Of a stretch of 64,000 bases of DNA, positions 11,448 to 24,166 are shown piece by piece. The translations under genes and the position numbers were made by a program. The first letter of the stretch is position 1. Each line of letters starts with the position of its first letter. Under the pieces are notes generated by a model. The model did no database searches. It was given only the letters and a program-made list of their open reading frames with translations, and was not told the origin of the DNA. The DNA is from Oikopleura dioica (lineage: Eukaryota > Animalia > Chordata), in contig OU015567.1 of assembly GCA_907165135.1 (NCBI GenBank), positions 2,170,001 through 2,234,000 on the forward strand. The letters run 5' to 3'.

Positions 11448-12831
11448 ATGAGCCTTTACAGGGCAAAAGATTATATTTTGGTGAAACTCCATGAGCTACA
11501 GGAGACATTTGAACAGCGACAGGTACAGAAAAAGTCTAAACAACATGATTTTCCTCATAAAATAGGAATTCTACGAGTTCGAAGAAGAAAAATCGCCAGT
11601 AAACCTGACCGTAAATCTTCTCCAAGAAGATTTTCCAGTCACAGAAGGTTCTAAGAAGCACAAGAAACGTTTTTTATAGAACAATATTCTGAGAATTTGG
11701 AAAGAAAAAAACACATGAAAGGCACGACTCAGCTCCCTGGAAGGCAGTTCTGATCAATTATCGATGCATGTTCTGCTTGTAAACAAACATTTTATGACGC
11801 AAATGAAAGAGACCGAAGTCGAAATTGCCGGACATGCCCGACTTTTATGCGTCGCTGGGAAGGTCAATATGTGTTTCATCGACGAATTTGTCATACGAGT
11901 AAGTCTTGATGACTATTCATTAACTACTTGAAGCGCTAGAAACAATACAGAGCACAAGGATTAGGAAAGCATCTGTGGAAATCGCTGGAAGAATTTCTCA
12001 AGCTCGAAATCGACCAGGACTTCTGTGGAACTGCAACTAAAGATGAGGTTTTTATCGCCTAAAATCAGGTTTCTTACCTTTTCATCAGACTGCTAGATCA
12101 TTTTTTCATCACATGGGAATGAACAAACTCGAAAAAGGAGAGAAACTCGCCTACATTGACATCCACGAAGGAGAATTGCTCAACAAGCTCAGCGATTTTT
12201 TCTCAGGAATGATCGTAAAAATGCTTTTTCGATCTTGATTCAAGGACATTTTCGACCTTTTTTAAGTTGCAAAAGAAGCAATGGCTCGAAAGAAAGATGC
12301 TGAAATGCTCTTCTTGACGAAAGATCTAATTCATTTCGATCTCTGTGGAACGGATGGATACAAAGAGAGAATTCAGCTGATAAAAGAAGCGCAGGAGAAG
12401 CTCGAAGCGGAAATTATGGAGAAAGCTGTTGGCTCAAATTACAAGGTACCTTCTCTAATTGACAAAAAGCCGGGGAAGAGGTAGGATTCTTTATTACCTT
12501 GAAATTTTGTGGACTACCCATTTTGATTTGCTGAGATAACAGATACAGGCCTCTTATTGGCTGAGGGCATCAAAAAACTAACCAAAATGAACCTCAGTAT
12601 TAATATCATTAGAAAATGAGTGCTGATACATCAACTCATGCTGGAATCGAAAAAATGGCTGAAAAATTTGGCGGCGCTTCAAGACGAGCCTCTTCTGTTT
12701 CAAATTTGAGCGATGCCGAGCTTGAACGAGAAGCTCTTCTCGCTCTCACCAGCAAAGACACTCTTGGAAGAAGAATGTCAGTCAAAAGTCACAGAAGAGA
12801 GTCTCTCATGAAAGAATCCATCGATGAATGA
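11448..12831 (+). CDS. GNAT-family N-acetyltransferase, paralog 1
   Basis: Splicing GTCATACGA|gtaagt..ag|AAACAATAC gives EIAGHARLL..CFIDEFVIRKQYRAQGLGKHLWKSLEE, the GNAT acetyl-CoA motif A (R-x-x-G-x-G). About seven exons from MSLYRAKDY to ..KESIDE stop. Confidence 0.8.
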
Positions 12832-13112
12832 CCATTTTTATTCCCTGCTTTTGCTGTCAAAAAACACGAATCGTTAAAAAAACCTTAAAAATCTTATTCT
12901 TTTTATTCTTACAGGCTCGTCAAATTAAGTTCATTTCTGGGGTCTTCATTTGAAGACGAGATCCATATCATGGCGCTACCAGAGCTTGGCTTAACCGCTA
13001 TAATTTATACGAAAACTCTTATCATGCCGTAACAGCACCTAAATCAACTGAGATAACTCTCGAAAATATCCCCACTCAAACCAGTCCTTTATAACTCAGC
13101 TTTGAGAAAGCA

Positions 13113-14372
13113 ATGAACGTCTATAAACCAAAAGATTATATTTTAATAAAGCTGCATGAGCTCCAAGAGACATTTGTTCGACGCCAGGTAGATCTATTGA
13201 TAAGAAACTGTTAACTTATTCATAAAATTGGAATTCTACGAGTTCGAGGAAGAGAAATCGCCAATAAATCTTACTTTTAATTTTCTCCAAGAAGACTTTC
13301 CAGTGACAATTGACTCGAAAAAGCACCAGGAATGGATTTTATTTTCCTTTTTTTATGAAAACTAGTCAATCTGCCCGGAAAATCACATGACAGGCACGAC
13401 TCAGCTCTCTTGAAGGAAGCTCTGATCAATTATCGATGCATGTTGTCCTAGTAAACAAACATTTCATGACTCAAATGAAGGAGACCGAGGTGGAAATTGC
13501 AGGACATGCTCGGCTATTATGCGTTGCTGGGAAAGTCAACATGTGTTTTATCGACGAATTCGTCATCAGAGTAAGCGAAGAAAATCTTTCATCGATCATC
13601 TGGATCTCTAGAAACAATACAGAGCCCACGGATTCGGGCGACATTTGTGGAAATCGCTTGAAGAGTTTCTCAAGCTTGAAATTGATCAGGACGCTTGTGG
13701 AACTGCAACTAAAGATGAGGTTCAGTCACACTTCTCTTGATTGGAACTGATTTCAATTTCAGAATGCGAGGTCATTTTTTCACCACATGGGAATGAAAAA
13801 ACTTGAAAAGGGCGAGAAACTCGCGTACATCAATATCCACGAAGGAGAATTATTGGCCAAGCTTAGCGACTTTTTCTCAGGAATGATTGAAAAAGCAGTT
13901 AGTTCTCCGTTTATTCAAACTCATTTTGATCCATAAAAAGTCGCGAGGGAAGCGATGAACAGAAAAAGGGACAGTGAGCTGCAATTCCTGACAAAAGATC
14001 TCATCCATTTCGATCTCTGCGGCACTGATGGATACAAGGAGAGAATTCTGGCGATCAAGGATGCTCAGGAAAAACTGGAATTGGAGATTATGGAAAAGGC
14101 TGTGGGCTCAAATTATAAGGTTCGCTTATGAACAGTTAGAGTAAAATTATTTTCAGAAAACTTCTGCGAAAACATCGACCCATGCTGGAATCGAAGTCGT
14201 TGCAGAAAAATTTGGCGGAGCTTCTAGAAGAGCTTCGACGGTATCAAATATGAGTGAGGCCGAACTAGAACGAGAAGCTCTTCTGGCTTTGACGAGCAAA
14301 GACACTCTTGGAAGAAGAATGTCGATGAAAGCTCATCGAAGGGAATCTATTCAACAATCGATCATTGAATAA
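13113..14372 (+). CDS. GNAT-family N-acetyltransferase, paralog 2
   Basis: Exon-by-exon paralog of 11448-12831: MNVYKPKDYILIKLHE, FIDEFVIR|KQYRAHGFGRHLWKSLEE, HFDLCGTDGYKER, ..QQSIIE stop at 14370-14372. Confidence 0.8.
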
Positions 14373-14545
14373 TATTTTGCTGGAAATATATTATTGTTTC
14401 TCAGAAAAAAAAAGATGAGAAATCACGTGATCATCTAAATGTCATTCCGTTGTTTTCATAATTGTTTGACCGCCGAGCCGCGACCACATCCGTTCTCAAC
14501 CTTTAAAAGCTCAATTGTCTGTTCTTTTCTTCAGTTCAATTCACA

Positions 14546-15066
14546 ATGAAGTTTTCAATTATTTTTCTCTCTTCGATCTTGAATCTATCAAGAGCGAGTG
14601 TTGTGCAAGATAAAGTGGACATTCTGCTTGGTCATTTTGATGTAAGTATTTTTAAAGTTGACTTTACGAATAATATTTTTAAAAGTGGTTTGCTGAAAAC
14701 TTGCCACTTCAACCAGGAGACAAAAAAGACGATAGATACGTAAGTAAAATACAACAGTATGCATCACAAATTGTTGCTGCGAATGGCGGCAGGGGCGAAG
14801 TTTGTAATTTGAGAAATCGAGATTCACTGCTAGCTGATGTTGATGCGCAGTGCTCTTGGACTAATGGAATGACTCCATGCCAACGACATGAAAATGTCAT
14901 AACCTGCTTGTTTGCTCTTGCTGACGCTTATGCTTGTGACGGACGAGGAAATCTTGCAGCTCGGATTCAGAGAAGATGGAAAAGACGAAAGATTAATTTG
15001 ATTATTCCTCGGCACTGTCCATTCTCGACTGTCCTTTGCCCACTTGGCCTTTGTGCCAGTGGTTAA
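14546..15066 (+). CDS. Orphan secreted cysteine-rich protein
   Basis: Signal peptide MKFSIIFLSSILNLSRA; short GT-AG intron ~14642-14685; exon 2 contains eight Cys, a basic RRWKRRK stretch and a terminal CPFSTVLCPLGLCASG. Confidence 0.65.
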
Positions 15067-15143
15067 AGTAAAATAGCAACACCAAGAAAATAAAATTTCA
15101 ACAATCATTTCTTATAAAATAAGCTCAATTTTATTCTAAAAAA

Positions 15144-16348
15144 TCAACCGACAGTATTTTGTCTTTTGAACAAAGCTCTCGACATTCTTCTTCCAAGGCC
15201 TCCAACACTACTAACGACCGCCGCAGACGCCCTTCTTGCCCCAGCGAACCGACTAGCGATAGCGCTAACTCCTGCATGAGTCTTCGTATCCGCAGTTGTT
15301 TTCTTCAAGAAATGATATTACGATAACTTTATATTCTGCGACCTTAAAATTTGTGCCAGCGGTTCTTCGTTCAACCTCTGATCGGATTCGTTCATTCGCT
15401 TCCATGATCGCTTCTAGTCTTGCTTTGTATCCATCAGTGCCGCAAAGATTGAAATGAAAGAGATCCTTGGTCATAAAAAGCCGATTTTCATCCTTTTTTC
15501 GGTCCATCGCATCCTTAGCGACTTTATTTTTGATCAAAAATGGCCATTATTTGATGGAAAGATGGTCTTTTGAATCCTCCCTGAGAAGAATTTGTTCAGT
15601 TTATTGAGCAATTGTCCTTCTTGAACGTCAATGTAAGGTATTTTCTGGCCATCGTCAAGCTTGTTCATTCCCATGTGGCGGAAAAATGAGCGATCAATCT
15701 TCGTTGTTTCCATTATTTCGTGGTAAAAGAAAACGTACCTCAGTTTTTGAAGCAATTCCAAAAGAGTCCTGGTCGAGTTCAAGCTTGAGAAATTCTTCCA
15801 AAGATTTGAACAAATATCGCCCAAAACCTTGGGCTCTGTATTGTTTCTAGAACTTGAAATAACTCAAGAATCGTCTTACGAACTTACTCTGATGACAAAA
15901 TCATCGATGAAAGTCATGTTCGACTTCCCAGCCACACACAAAAGTCGACAATGTCCAACAATTTCAATTTCAGTTTCTTTCATTTGCGTCATAAAATTCT
16001 TATTGACGAGGACAACATGCATTGGTAGAGCATCGCAGCTGTTTTTCAGAGAACTGACTCTTTGCTTTCTCATGATTTTATCAATGGATTACTGAAAGAG
16101 AGACTGTTTTATCGAATAAATCATTTCCTGGTACTTTTTTGAGCCATCTTTCACGGGAAAATCCTCTTCTAGAAGCTCAAGGGTGAGATTTACCGGCGAT
16201 TTTTGATCATCAAATTCATATATCTCCTATTTTTGATCAGATGAGCCCCTTTTCTTGTCAAATTTGTACATACCTGCAGCTTAATAAATTTCTCTTGGCA
16301 CTCATGAAGCTTCAATAAAATGTAATCTTTCTGTCTATAAACGCTCAT
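15144..16348 (-). CDS. GNAT-family N-acetyltransferase, paralog 3 (inverted)
   Basis: MSVYRQKDYILLKLHE at 16348; EIVGHCRLLCVAGKSNMTFIDDFVIR|KQYRAQGFGRYLFKSLEE; HFNLCGTDGYKAR; tail RRASAAV..GRRMS..TVG stop at 15144-15146. Confidence 0.8.
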
Positions 16349-16899
16349 CTTCTGATCCTCTCTTCAAAGTTCGATAAAAGCCTTCAGAGCAAAAAAGAAG
16401 ACAGGATGCCCATCAAAGCAGTTTCTATCTTGAGTTTTAGCACTATAAAATACTGCATACGCAACGCTTCAATCAATAAACAAGGTGACAACAAGCCGTA
16501 GGTCAATGTTACTCATGTTCAAAGAACGGCAGTTGGCAAAGAATTCTTACTGATTATCCCATAAAGAATGAGCTCTATCTTTTACGTCGAAGACCGTTGC
16601 ACTATCCTCAGCATTTTTCATTCCTAATTGAATGCTGCCGAAAAATTATCCAAGGAGCGTCACGACCAAGGTTTCATTAGAAGATCAATGTTTTCCGGAG
16701 ATATTTCGACAGCTCAGGATCAGAAGCTACCTTATTTTTCGACCGCTAATTATGGCTAATTAGTAATTATGAAAAGTCGCGAAAGGGGTTTTTTGTTATC
16801 TACATTTTTTATTACAGCTCTGAGCACCAGTACAGAAAAAAAAACAGAAAGATTGAAGAAAACAGGATATTTACAAATTAATTCTAGTTGTTCCATCGT

Positions 16900-18880
16900 T
16901 TATCCTCTTGAAGAAACAGTGTGTCTGACCATTTGCAACTGCTTATTTAAATTAGTTTCCTTGCTGCTAGCAAAGTGTTGGGCCATTCCAGTGATCATTT
17001 TGATGTCCTTGTCATGAGCGATTTCACGGAAGATTCCAGTGAACATCACATCCTCGAGGATGAACCCAGAGAGGCTTTTAATTGGTCAAAAATAAAACAA
17101 AGGTACAATTTTAACAAGCTATTTCGACCGTTTCTATGAGTCCTCGCAATTTCAAAAATGTCCTCTGAAGCTTTTTTCGTGAAAGAAGCAGCGGGTCCAT
17201 TGCAAAAAGCAGGAAAAATGTAGCCCATTGGGAAGTTGTGAGCATTGACGCCATATTTGCCCGTACGGATAGGGGGACCAGGGTTGATGTTGGAAAAAAT
17301 ACAGCGGAATTTGGCAGTGTCCGGCGATTCTCTTTTGAAGACATTGTTGATCAACTAAAAAGTGTAAATGATGGAAAAAGGGGGTTGAAAAGGCACCTTG
17401 TCATAAACGACTGCAGAATCATCATCGTGGAAGATTGTCCATTGAACATTACAGCTGTCGAAATAATCGGAGTTCAGGAAGTTATGAGCAGCAAAAGTCT
17501 TAAAATACATGAGCGACTAAAAAAATTATTTTTTTTTACCTTGAGCGGCAGATTATTGTAAATATCGTTGAAATCAGCAATGATCAAGTCGTCAAACTCC
17601 TCGAGCTCCTTGTAGAGAAGATCCATTCCAGCGTCCTTTTTCCCGAAAACAAAGTAGAGCTTGAGTTTCCAATCGGGAATCAGTTTCTGGTACTCGTTGC
17701 GGATCTGGCGATTGAAGGATCGAAGTTTTTTGTTGTTGATCGCGCTTTTGATGAAGATCGGCAGCTCGTTCATTTCGCAAGTTTTTCTCGGATGCGCTAG
17801 AATTGCTGGAGGTACGTTGTAATCCTTCTCTTCCAATTTGTAAAAATTCGGCGGTGGTTTCATTATTTTATAACTCTGCGGCAAAATTCTTTCGGCGGAA
17901 ATGAAATCGACTGGTTTTGAGCGAGTGATGGCTGGAGAAAGCAGAGTGCCCGTAATAGTGTTGTTCAAAAAACGAGATTTTGAAAGGAGAAAAGGCCCCT
18001 GGCGAGAAGTTGAGCGGCATGGACCGAGATTTTCGCCGCGGAAGGTGAACTTGACGAAGTCATTTGGGTTCTTAGAGGGATAGATTTCGCGGATGCGATT
18101 TTTAATATTTATTAAGAAAAATCAATCCCTTTCCTGATCAGCCTTCTTCTGCTTGATCCTATAATCATCCTTGATGCACACAATACCCTCCTTTGGATCT
18201 GGCTTCTTCGCAACCAATTCCGGCAAGAGAAGAATATCTGCTTCAGTTTTGAAGACTACTGTTTCAGACTCCACTTTGGGCAAGATTTCCTCAATCATCA
18301 GCGAATCGTTGCCTTCTTCTTTCTTCACAAAAATGAACTCAAACTTGACTGGGCAGGATTGGAAATTCGTTAAACTCAAGAATTCTTGATTCAAGAGCTT
18401 CATTTCTTCACTAATGTAAGAAATAACTATCGTCCATTTTTGCTGTTCAGGCTGGTTTTCTTCGGGTTTTTTGGTGGCTTTAAGGGGTTTTTCAGGTAAT
18501 GATATGGTTTCTTTTGGATTTGGGGTTTTCGGAGCTGAGTTTTCGATATTTTTAGGGTCTAAATTTTCGGCTGGCTTTGGAAAAACGGAAATTTTCTCTT
18601 TGCTTTTGGAACTGTCAATTTCATCCGGGTCGAAATTCACTCCTGGTGGAGGATAGTAGCGCTCATCTGCTCTCATTTTCGGTGATGTCGGCGGAATAAA
18701 CACTTGAATATAACTCGGCACAATTATCGTGAAATTACTGTACGGGAGATACAGTGCACCGAAGAGGATGATAATGATGAAAACGAGGACAATTTTTCCG
18801 CGAGTATGGGCATTATTGCTGATTTTTCGCTGTTCTGGTGTTTCTCTTTGATTTGGAAGCAGTGGAATTTCGTCTGACAT
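16900..18880 (-). CDS. GT31 (beta-1,3-galactosyltransferase-like) type II membrane glycosyltransferase with an extra N-terminal domain
   Basis: Type II TM IVLVFIIIILFGALYL; GT31 motifs IFIKSA..N..LR..IR, YFVFG, ELEEFDDLIIADFNDIYNNLPLK, FHDDD (DxD), FPAFCNGPA, LEDVMFTG. A phase-0 GA-AG intron (18071-18133) joins the 271-aa ORF to the catalytic part. Confidence 0.85.
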
Positions 18881-19860
18881 CGCTTTATTGTTTCGTCTTA
18901 AAAAGGTCATTTTATTAGTGAAACGTAACAATTTCAATAGAGCTCTTCAAATATAATTATCATTCTCATTATTCTATCGGCTTTTTTATCGAAACATTAT
19001 TCGACATGTTTCGTTGGACAAGCCGATAATCAAAGACCGAAGCAAAAACCATCGTTGTCAGTGTTCTTTATTATAAGAAAAAAAAGAGACACTTGTAATT
19101 CGAAAATTTCGCGAGGCTTGAAATGAGTGCCGTCATCTTGTCAGATTTTCATGTCAGATTAAAGCAGGGTCGGATGTACAATCAAAGTGCCTTGAAAGCC
19201 CCAAATCCCGGACCGCTGACATTGTAAAACCGGCAAATTACTGTTATCGAAGCGTAACGGGGTCAGATTTCCCGACAAACAGCTGATATTTTTATCGATA
19301 GAGTACCAAAAAACTGAATTTTGTTTTGCTTCTTTCTAATCATTTTTTAGAAAAAAAGAACAAGCAAAAAATAAGACTTACTTTGATTCTTTTTTTTTCT
19401 ATTTATTTTCTCTCAACGGCGAATCTCAACTTTAAGTTGAAAGTTTCAACTCTTCTTTTCGCTCTTCGTTGAAGCGTTTTCCACTTGAAAAATCTCTTGA
19501 ATCTTCGTCATTAAAAAATCACGCACTTTCTTTTTTCACCGAGCGCGTTAAAGGTTTGTTTTGAGAAAATGAAAGGCGAAAGACAATTGAGGAGGATCAG
19601 TTGGACGCCCACAAATTTCTCTCTTTTTCTCTCTCACGCGCCACCTCTCACGGTCACTCTTTTCTCGCCGCCCGGGATGAGCTCAGACTTGTCTTGAAAT
19701 TCGGAGCATTTTGAAAAAAAACGGGCGGAGAGGATTTGATTTTTTTGTGTTTTCGGTTGATTCATCCCTTTTTTGATGGATCGATTTTTTGGTGAAAACG
19801 ACTGGCGCGCCGTTCGATCAATTTTTCTTTTTGCAAAAATTGTAGAATCAAATTTATTTA

Positions 19861-21263
19861 TTAAAAAACATAGGGAATGAGGGCAGCACGAGAATTGGGA
19901 TAGTTTGGAAACTGATTGAGCAAGTTTGCATGCTTCTTTTGCGCCCAAATGGACAGTTGAAAAAATTTCAGTACAGTCAGAATAAGCACTACGCCGCAAT
20001 TTGTCATGATGATGAAGCTGATCCATGTCAGGAGCTCGTATGTGTAGTTTGGGCAGGAAACTCTGAAAAATAATTTAAAAAAATGAAGAAAAGAAAAATT
20101 TACCTGGAGTAGAGCCAAGTGAAAGGATTCCAGCTTGGGTTCTGAATCGTTCTGTTTTTGAAGTTACTTTTGAGCTGATAGTGAATCGATAAAGACCCCA
20201 ACTCAGCCAGGAGAAAAATAACAGAGGCAAAGAGGACTTGGAGATTTCTAGGAGGATGGTACTGCGGGTGGTTGATGATGTAAGCCATCCAGGCGGTCAT
20301 GATCCCGTTGAAAATGCAGATCTGAAATAAGTCGCTACTTGTACAGAGAAATAATCGGGCTTACTTTTGGGATATTTCGAACAGCAAAAGTGCTCCCGCT
20401 GAATTTGTGCAAAAAGCAAACTTCAAGAATTCTCTGAAAATAAATAGTTTTTAAATATCCTCATTTCTTATTTTTAATACCCTTAAATAATGAAAAGTGT
20501 GAGCAATCATTGCCGCCAAACATGCGAAATCATCTGCTGATTTGACAAAGATCTCTTCATTTTCCCCTTCATCTCCTTCTGTTTCGTCTTGATCATCATC
20601 ATCATTCTCACTGTTGTAACTGTCTCCTCGGATGTATCGGAGAAGGAAGAAGATGGAATAGACAAGGATCATGCAGCTTTTTCGAGTCAAAATAGTGCTT
20701 AAAAATGTGAAGGGCAAATTCTCTGACTTCTTTCCTGAATTCGCAAAGAAAGACAGTCTTCCAGTTGCTCTGCGGGCCCAGGTCTTTGAAGTACAATACG
20801 CACTCGTTTGTAAGTCCATGGGATGATAGGCAGTCCTTATTCGGAAGCGCTACAGAAAGATGGTTTTTAAGAAAAACTGGGAAAGGGGTTACCTTTTGAT
20901 TTTTTGTCGAGATGAAAAGACTGCCTCTCAACATAAATGGTCGGGAATTCCCGTTCAAAAAGCTTCTTCAGCTCTCTAGAAAAACATAATTTTCTTCCTT
21001 GATTTCAGTAGCTGATTCTACCTGGTGGTCGTTGTTGTTGGGACGCGGTTGAGGACGCATAGCGTTTTCTCAGTATTGATATCCTTGACCTCGACCTCGA
21101 CGAGTGCAAATCGAGCTGGCTGCTCTTGGCCTTTTTTGTGGCTCGGGGCGTTGGCACTTCCGGAACTCTGTTTTGGGCTGCTGTCGATGCTCGAATCTAG
21201 ATTTTTTTTGCAAGTTTACGATAATTATCATAATCGAAAACTTACATAAACCGAAACCGGCAT
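19861..21263 (-). CDS. TECR: Very-long-chain trans-2,3-enoyl-CoA reductase (TECR/TECRL-like)
   Basis: VEVEVKDINTEKTLCVL (ubiquitin-like N-terminus), LYFKDLGPQ..WKTVFLCE, HTFHYLR, LEVCFLHKFS, TAWMAYIINHPQYHPP, ELGSLSIH, SCPNYTYELLTWISF, WAQKKH..FPNYP..RAALIPYVF. Confidence 0.88.
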
Positions 21264-21472
21264 AATTTATTAAAATAATTAAAGATTAACAAGAATTTTT
21301 ATCATTTTTGGGAACCATAAAGTGATACATTTTCAAAACTTGAAGAAAATTAAAGATTTGTTAGAATTGACGAATTATTGATATTGTTCTTTGTCTTAAA
21401 ATCTTCTTGAATTTTATTGTTACAACATTCTATAAACTTCAATTATAAAATTCTAAAAAATGGCCCAGTCCT

Positions 21473-22873
21473 GATCATTTGGTGCAGAACTCACTCTTCT
21501 CAAATTCTCTGAAACAGCGAAAAGCGACATTTTCGCTGTTTAAAAATGATGATTTGGAAAAGAGTGAGTTGACTCGAGCACTATTAAAAATTCGATAGTG
21601 GGAAGATATTATCACCTGGGAAGAGGCACAGAGGTGATCTCATTAACATAACTCTATTTTTTCCTCTTTTGTTTTTGCAATTTTTTGATTTTTTTATATC
21701 CTCGCAATTATCAGCTTATTTTTGACCGAGAAGGGCAAGTTAAGAGTGGCAGTTTTTCGCATCAAATTGTCATGCTAACAGCCTCATTAATTTATGCTTA
21801 TTTGATTCAAACTCCAATAGATCAGTCGAGAAAAAGAATTTCTCAAAGTGAAGAAAAAAAAGATATAACCACAACTTAGTTTTGGCTTTGGCGAAAGAAA
21901 AATTGCGATGTTTTTGCATGAAAGCTGGTATTTTAAATATTTTCAAGGTAATCGTGTTAAATGGGCTACCTAAGGGGGTAGCTCAGCACTAAACTACACT
22001 AAAATGCCCCATGTTTTTAAACGCGGCTCTGAATTGACAAGTTTGCTTCATCGTCAGTTATTGAAGTAAAATCTTTAGCATTCATTTGAGTCTTGCAAGT
22101 ATTGATCGTAATAAGAGCAATGGAATCGGTTAGCAAAAATGCATTCTTATTCGAAAAGTAAAAAGAGGAAAAATGGACTATAAAAAATTCTGGACAGGTG
22201 AGTTTCAAAATAAATGCCAAAGATATACCTCTTTTCAATGATATTGACGGTAGACCCTCTCGTTTTCGGCGGTTTTCGACTAGTTGTTGAACAACTTCAT
22301 ACACTTTTTATGGATTGAACAATTTTTTTGATCAAAAAAGCATAAACTTTTGTCGAAAACGTCGATTATTGTCAATAATTTACTGACTAAAATTTCCGAA
22401 CAAGAATATGATACATATTTCCGCCTAAAAAATAAGGGTGTCAAAATTATAATGAGACCAATTGAAATCCATTCCCGAAGCAGATCTTTCTCTGTTCTTA
22501 ACCTTTGATACCATTTATATACAAATCAATTATTCGCTTTATTTTTTCAATGAAGTTTGACTCAAACCTTTTTCTTGGTTGGCATCTCCGTTCGTCAAGT
22601 CTTTAATCAGCAACAGATGCAAAAAAGATAATCTGGTCAAGCAGTTATCAGTTTCTCTAATGAGCCTCTGTTCAAGCTTTTTTGCATTGTCGAAAGTTTC
22701 CAAGTCAGATCTGCGCTGAAATGAGGAACGTCAATCATTTTTAATGATCCAGCGCAAGTTGTTTTCGCCAGATAAGCGATTTCTCCTTCCGTTGGGGACT
22801 CTGGACAGGTCTTTTTGCACCTTGTTAAAGTTGAAATGAAAAAAAATTTATGGCCGAACTGAAATGCTCTCAA
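21473..22873 (-). CDS. Possible multi-exon hypothetical gene
   Basis: Protein-like open frames (22017-22304, 22560-22800, 21473-21600), but no recognised motif and unresolved exon structure. Confidence 0.25.
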
Positions 22874-22895
22874 TTGGGTTCATTGAGGTTCATTC

Positions 22896-22944
22896 TAACC
22901 CAAACCCAAACCCAAACCCAAACCCTGACTCAGGTTTTCTACAC
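22896..22944. repeat. (AAACCC)n tract joined to a CCTGACTCAGGTTTTCTACAC arm; dispersed short-element family
   Basis: taacccaaacccaaacccaaacccaaaccctgactcaggttttctacac; the same arm occurs at 28612-28692 and, partly, at 48838-48858. Confidence 0.7.
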
Positions 22945-24166
22945 AGGTTGCCAAGCCCACTTGACTTTCAAAAGAAAAATAAAGTGCTAGAGCCCTAATT
23001 AACCCTCCCAGTTTCCCGCCCATTTATCATCTTACATGAACTTGAGGAGAAAGATTATTAAATGGCAACTTGTTTTTAATCGAATGCTTCCTTCTTTTTA
23101 AAACAATTGAAAAAGGCGACAGTCGTCGAGATGATCGTTCCTCGTAAACCGCAACTGCTGCTTACTATTGATTTGCGTGTTACAAAAGTCTTACCAAACA
23201 ATGCAACGAGCAGACGTATTTTTTTAATAATTACTGCCGGGATCTTCTGTCAAAAAGAGAGAAGAAGAAGAAGGAGAATATTAAAAAGGAGAAAAAAAGG
23301 GAAAGCAAGAAAAAGTGCGACAAATAATGAAAATCTCAATCTATCAATTTATCAATCAGCTACTTATTGTATTCATATCATAATGAAAATAATGTTAAAT
23401 TGATCTAAAATTACGCTCTTTGTGCGTAAATATATATTATTAATCTGTGGATTGACGTATTTTGCGCGTACTTAAAACCACTGCCGGCTCATAATTTTCT
23501 CGTTTTAAGATTTTTTATGAAATTTTCTGTTTATCAATTTTACGAGATTTCAGAAATTCCAGCCTTGAGAAAGATATCTGTCTTAGGTAAAATAGTCCCA
23601 GGACCTTTTAAAACTCTTTTATACGAGATGTCAGAATTACATAAAAATAACATTGTTTAAAAAGGTTATTACATAAAAGGTTTTATTCTTCGCGCAGAAG
23701 GATCTTTTTTATATGTTTTTATGGTAATTATGCGCAGTAGTTCATTTCCAATAAAACAATTTAGCTGGATACATAATGCCGAGGTATAAATGCGCTCTAG
23801 AACGCGTGTTCTATAGTAAGACAATACTCAGACTTCAGAAAGAGTCGTTCATTGTTGTTCACTTTGACAAAAGGCGGATGCGGGGTGATCAGTTTAATCT
23901 GAGAAATGAATTCGCCGTTCGGCAATAAAGAACTAAACTGGCTCAGAAAGTGCCCTGGTCAGTCTTCCACTTCGATTTTTCTCAATTCCAAAAAGTACGG
24001 ATCAATTCTTTTACGCCTGGAAACAGACACGAATTATTCATATCGACACTGAGAAAGAAAAAGGGAGATTCTGTATTGGAAGATTTGACAAGAGAGACCA
24101 GTTGACAACAAAAAAAAAAGAGGATCACAATAAAAAAAAGAGACTAGAGAGAGAGACCTTACAGTA

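Noticed and set aside
11755-11900. Alternative frame of the GNAT exon giving CSAC..CRTC..HRRICH, a zinc-finger look-alike
   Set aside because: The other frame splices in phase to the RxxGxG motif and is the one conserved across all three paralogs.
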